Of a stretch of DNA of 64,000 bases, positions 61,981-64,000 are shown piece after piece. Source of the DNA: Alphaproteobacteria bacterium (GTDB taxonomy: Bacteria; Pseudomonadota; Alphaproteobacteria; Micavibrionales; UBA2020); contig JAICWS010000001.1 of NCBI GenBank assembly GCA_025934695.1, positions 151,301 through 215,300 of the forward strand, written 5' to 3'. The position numbers were made by a program, and so were the translations under genes. The notes under the pieces were generated by a model. The model was given only the letters and a program-made list of their open reading frames with translations, searched no databases and was not told the DNA's origin. Each line of letters opens with the position of its first letter. Positions within the stretch are counted from its first letter, which is position 1.

Positions 61981-63283
61981 CGTATTGATGCCCGCGCTGT
62001 CGCCGACGATGACCGAAGGCAAGCTTGCCAAGTGGGTCAAGAAAGAAGGCGACAAGGTGAAGCCGGGAACCGTGCTCGCCGAGATCGAAACCGACAAGGC
62101 CACGATGGAAGTCGAGGCGGTCGATGAAGGCACGCTCGCCAAGATCGTCGTGCCCGCCGGCACCGAGGGCGTGAAGGTCAACAGCGTCATCGCCGTACTG
62201 CTGGAAGAGGGCGAGGATGCTTCTTCCATCTCCAAGGCCGCTGGCGGCGGCGCCGGCGCTCCCCCACCCAAGACTGTGACGCCCGCCAACCAGCCGAAAG
62301 AAACGTCAAAACCGGCGCCTTCGCTGGCGGTGGTTCCGCAGGCGCAGCCGCAACAGGCGGCCCCGCAGGGCAAGCCGTCGAACCGTATCTTCGCGAGCCC
62401 GCTCGCGAAACGCATCGCGAAAGAAAAGGGCATCGACCTCGCCTCCGTCAAAGGCTCCGGCCCGCACGGGCGCATCGTGAAGGAAGACCTCGAGAAGGCG
62501 AAGCCAGGCGCAGCGCCCATGGCCGCTCCGGGTGCGCCGCGCGCGCCGATGGCGACGCCGTCGGGACCGGATGCGAAGGCTTTGGCCGATGCCTATGGCA
62601 TCCCCTATAAGCTGCAGCCGAACAACAATATCCGCAAAGTCGTCGCGCGCCGCCTGACGGAAGCCAAGCAGCAGATCCCGCATTTCTATTTGTCGATCGA
62701 CTGCGAGCTCGATACGCTGTTGAACGTCCGCAAGGAACTCAACGAGGCGGCGCAGGACTACAAGATCTCGGTGAACGATTTCGTCATCAAGGCGACGGGG
62801 CTGGCATTGCAGAAATATCCGGCCGCCAACGTCTCCTGGACCGACGACAACCTCGTCCAGTACGAGCGCGCCGATGTCTCGGTTGCGGTCGCGACGCCGA
62901 ACGGCCTCATCACGCCGATCATCAAGGACGCCGCCAACAAGAGCCTGAAGGATATTTCCAACGAAATGAAGGAACTGGCCGCCAAGGCGAAGGATGGCAA
63001 ACTGAAGCCCGCCGAATTCCAGGGCGGAACGATCTCCGTTTCCAACCTCGGCATGTTCGGCGTGCGCGAATTCGCGGCCATCGTCAATCCGCCGCAGGGC
63101 GCTATATTGGCGATCGGGGCCGGCGAACAGCGCGCAGTCGTGAAGGACGGCCAGGTCAAGGTCGCGACCGTCATGACCGTGACCATGTCGACCGACCACC
63201 GCTGCATCGACGGCGCGATCGGCGCCGAATACCTGCAGGTGTTCAAGAAGCTGATCGAAAGCCCGATGAGTTTGATTTTATAA
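61970..63283 (+). CDS. pdhC: dihydrolipoamide acetyltransferase (E2)
   Basis: Lipoyl domain, E3-binding [15 protein letters not shown] and catalytic DHRCIDG. Overlaps pdhB by 11 nt. Confidence 0.95.
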   Translation: MPHNVLMPALSPTMTEGKLAKWVKKEGDKVKPGTVLAEIETDKATMEVEAVDEGTLAKIVVPAGTEGVKVNSVIAVLLEEGEDASSISKAAGGGAGAPPPKTVTPANQPKETSKPAPSLAVVPQAQPQQAAPQGKPSNRIFASPLAKRIAKEKGIDLASVKGSGPHGRIVKEDLEKAKPGAAPMAAPGAPRAPMATPSGPDAKALADAYGIPYKLQPNNNIRKVVARRLTEAKQQIPHFYLSIDCELDTLLNVRKELNEAAQDYKISVNDFVIKATGLALQKYPAANVSWTDDNLVQYERADVSVAVATPNGLITPIIKDAANKSLKDISNEMKELAAKAKDGKLKPAEFQGGTISVSNLGMFGVREFAAIVNPPQGAILAIGAGEQRAVVKDGQVKVATVMTVTMSTDHRCIDGAIGAEYLQVFKKLIESPMSLIL

Positions 63284-63376
63284 TGTCATCCCTGCGCAAG
63301 CAGGGATCTCGCGCGAAGCGCCATTTATAAATGCAGTCCTGCGGACTGTGAGATTCCGGCTTTCGCCGGAATGACA
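63284..63376. repeat. double-hairpin palindromic element (GTCAT...ATGAC family), copy 2
   Basis: TGTCATCCCTGCGCAAGCAGGGATC...GAGATTCCGGCTTTCGCCGGAATGACA, between pdhC and lpdA. Confidence 0.65.
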
Positions 63377-63393
63377 ATGAAGGGGAGCGTGAA

Positions 63394-64000
63394 ATGTCCG
63401 AACAACAATTCGACGTCGTCGTGATCGGCACCGGTCCGGGCGGTTATGTGGCGGCCATCCGCGCCGCGCAGCTGGGTTTCAAGACCGCGGTGGTCGAGCG
63501 CGAGCACCTGGGCGGCATCTGCCTGAACTGGGGCTGCATCCCGACCAAGGCGCTGCTGCGCTGCTCGGAGATCAACCATTTGCTCCATAACCTCGACGCC
63601 TATGGCTTCAAGGCGGAGAATATCACCTTCGACTTCGGCAAGATAGTTCAGCGCTCGCGAAAAGTCGCGGCGCAGCTGTCGGGCGGCATCAAGCACCTGA
63701 TGAAGAAAAACAACATCACCGTCTTCGACGGCACCGGCAAACTGCTGGGCAAGGGGAAGCTGTCGGTCACGAAAGACAACAAGCCGGTGGCCGAGCTGAA
63801 GGCTCCGCATATCATCATCGCGACGGGCGCCCGCGCCCGCGTGCTGCCGGGGCTGGAGCCGGACCAGAAATTCGTCTGGACCTACAAGGAAGCGATGGTG
63901 CCGCAGGAAATGCCGAAGTCGCTGCTCGTCGTCGGCTCCGGCGCCATCGGCATCGAGTTCGCCAGCTTCTACCGCAATATGGGCGCGCAGGTGACCGTCG
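63394..64000 (+). CDS. lpdA: dihydrolipoyl dehydrogenase (E3), truncated by window end
   Basis: GGGGAG SD. FAD motif VIGTGPGGY. Redox-active CLNWGCIPTK. Confidence 0.93.
   Translation, partial: MSEQQFDVVVIGTGPGGYVAAIRAAQLGFKTAVVEREHLGGICLNWGCIPTKALLRCSEINHLLHNLDAYGFKAENITFDFGKIVQRSRKVAAQLSGGIKHLMKKNNITVFDGTGKLLGKGKLSVTKDNKPVAELKAPHIIIATGARARVLPGLEPDQKFVWTYKEAMVPQEMPKSLLVVGSGAIGIEFASFYRNMGAQVTV

Overview
GC-rich bacterial chromosomal segment, very probably alphaproteobacterial. This is inferred from four things: the gene orders prs-rplY-pth-ychF, tig-clpP-lon and ftsB...pdhA-pdhB-pdhC-lpdA; a PdhB with an N-terminal lipoyl domain; two GltX paralogues; and a GTTC-N7-GTTC SOS box in front of lexA. 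About 60 protein genes and two tRNAs (Leu-TAG, Val-TAC) are supported. I saw no rRNA, CRISPR array, transposase, integrase or reverse transcriptase. Blocks of orphan genes interrupt the housekeeping backbone at 11.3-16.5 kb, 26.6-40.4 kb and 52.8-58.9 kb. Many of these orphan genes have their own near-consensus TTGACA-N16-18-TAnnnT promoter. The blocks include ankyrin-repeat proteins, which suggests an organism that interacts with eukaryotic cells. The best candidate for an undescribed system is at 34.6-40.4 kb. There, a 590-bp AT-rich regulatory region holds a candidate sRNA or attenuator, three phased TTTTGCATAA repeats and a palindrome. It is followed by a three-gene operon: a 577-aa coiled-coil protein, a ClpB-like AAA+ protein with no N-domain and a catalytically dead first ATPase ring, and a DUF1523-like membrane protein. 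A degenerate vWA paralogue lies just upstream. Other points worth a second look:
- a tandem array of three paralogous membrane-hairpin proteins
- an internally duplicated SHOCT protein
- an orphan zeta-toxin-like kinase
- a 370-aa ClpP paralogue with long extensions, in a tig-clpP-lon locus that lacks clpX
- two tandem stand-alone I9 (subtilisin-propeptide-like) proteins in a translationally coupled operon
- a CheY-like pseudo-receiver (Asp57 to Gly)
- a GxxExxY nuclease-family cassette with 23-bp inverted repeats inserted between pdhA and pdhB
- a lexA terminator hairpin that buries the ribosome-binding site of the next gene
- several families of palindromic intergenic repeats

All family assignments rest on motifs recognised by eye. 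No database search was run.
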